A DNA stretch of 62,864 nt, filler included, from Octopus bimaculoides (Eukaryota), in NCBI RefSeq assembly GCF_001194135.2. It is 4 parts of 4 records of this genome, joined end to end, with 100 filler letters (N's around TTAATTAATTAA, not from the genome) between each part and the next. Parts side by side here need not be neighbours in the genome. Positions count along the whole stretch, not along the records: positions 61,036 to 62,864 come from NW_026357037.1; 3 more parts are not named here. The stretch is one strand, 5' to 3'. Below are positions 61,952-62,864 of this stretch, in pieces; the stretch's first letter is position 1; the number at the start of each line of letters is the position of its first letter. Position numbers and translations under genes: made by a program. The notes beneath the pieces were generated by a model. The model saw only the letters and a list, made by a program, of their open reading frames with translations. It made no database searches and was not told the DNA's origin.

Positions 61952-62358
61952 GAGCACCCACTACACTCTCGGAGTGGTTGGCTTTAGGAAGGGTATCCAG
62001 CTGTAGAAACTCTGCCAGATCAGATTGGAGCCTGGTGTAGCCATCCTGGTTTCACCAGTCCTCGGTCAAATCGTCCAACCCATGCTAGCATGGAAAGCGG
62101 ACGTTAAATGATGATGATGATATATATATAATAATGATCAGTACTGCCTGACTGGCCTCCGTGCGGGTGACACATAAAAGCACCCACCACACTCTCGGAG
62201 TGGTTGGCGTTAGGAAGGGCATCCAGCTGTAGAAACTCTGCCAAATCAGATTGGAGCCTGGTGTAGCCATCCGGTCTCACCAGTCCTCAGTCAAATCGTC
62301 CAACCCATGCTAGCATGGAAAGCGGACGTTAAACAATGATGATGATGATGATGATGAT
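61952..62358 (+). mobile_element. Two tandem RTE 3' termini with (TGA)n tails
   Basis: 61952-62120 and 62140-62358 both carry GAGTGGTTGGC..AGGAAGGG.ATCCAGCTGTAG..GCGGACGTTAAA(TGA)n. Confidence 0.88.
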
Positions 62359-62492
62359 GACTACATTGAGTCTGTGTTGCATAATTCAATCGGATATTCA
62401 TTAAATGATTGTGAAAGATGAAACGTAAGAACCTGCTTGGGTGGTGTTGAGTCTAGTTGTGTAAGGACTAAACTGATTTAAGCAAAGACAGC

Positions 62493-62864
62493 GAGGTGGC
62501 AGAGACGGTAGCACGCCAGGGGAAATGCTTATTGGTATTTCGTTTGCCGCTACGTTCTGAGTTCAAATTCCACCGAGGTCGACTTTGCCTTTCATCCTTT
62601 TGGGGTCGATTAAATAAGTACCAGTTACGCACTGGGGTCAATGTAATCGACTTAATCCGTTTGTCAGTCCTTGTTTGTCCCCTCTATGTTTAGCCCCCTG
62701 TGGGCAATAATGAGATAACAATCGTTAGCATGGCAGGCAAAATAATTAGTGACATTTAGTTTATCTGTACGTTCTGAGTTCAAATTCCGCCGAGGTCAAC
62801 TTTGCCTTTCATCCTTTCGGGGGTCGATTAAATAAGTACCAGTTACGCACTGGGGTCAATGTAA
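62493..62864 (+). mobile_element. Tandem pair of SINE family B copies (second cut by window end)
   Basis: Same arrangement as 56752-57180. Confidence 0.88.

Overview
AT-rich, repeat-saturated animal nuclear DNA from a gapped draft assembly. It is most likely a coleoid cephalopod (Octopus-like); this is inferred from my recollection of the dominant SINE/LINE families and microsatellite load, not from a search. Three identical 100-nt linkers (N44-TTAATTAATTAA-N44 at 9247-9346, 28836-28935 and 60936-61035) show that the window is four artificially joined blocks. I can support no complete host gene; almost all listed ORFs are microsatellite or N-run artefacts, or transposon relics. Recognisable content: three abundant tRNA-headed SINE families and one unclassified ~550-bp repeat; decayed non-LTR retroelements (R4/Dong-like, a second RLE-bearing family, RTE, CR1); a Penelope-like RT fragment; mariner, Tc1 and maT transposase relics; a Helitron-type 3' end; MITE/foldback elements; and a dispersed rDNA piece (probable 5' ETS plus the first ~100 nt of 18S). 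The most notable signals are: (i) minimal type-I hammerhead ribozyme motifs with a compensatory U3:A8 core inside an interleaved inverted-repeat cassette at 50164-50819; (ii) the ETS-18S orphon directly behind an RLE retroelement 3' end; (iii) a nested ~600-bp palindrome at 59050-59655; and (iv) many long, near-perfect inverted repeats. None of this proves a new biological system; the ribozyme cassette is the best testable lead.
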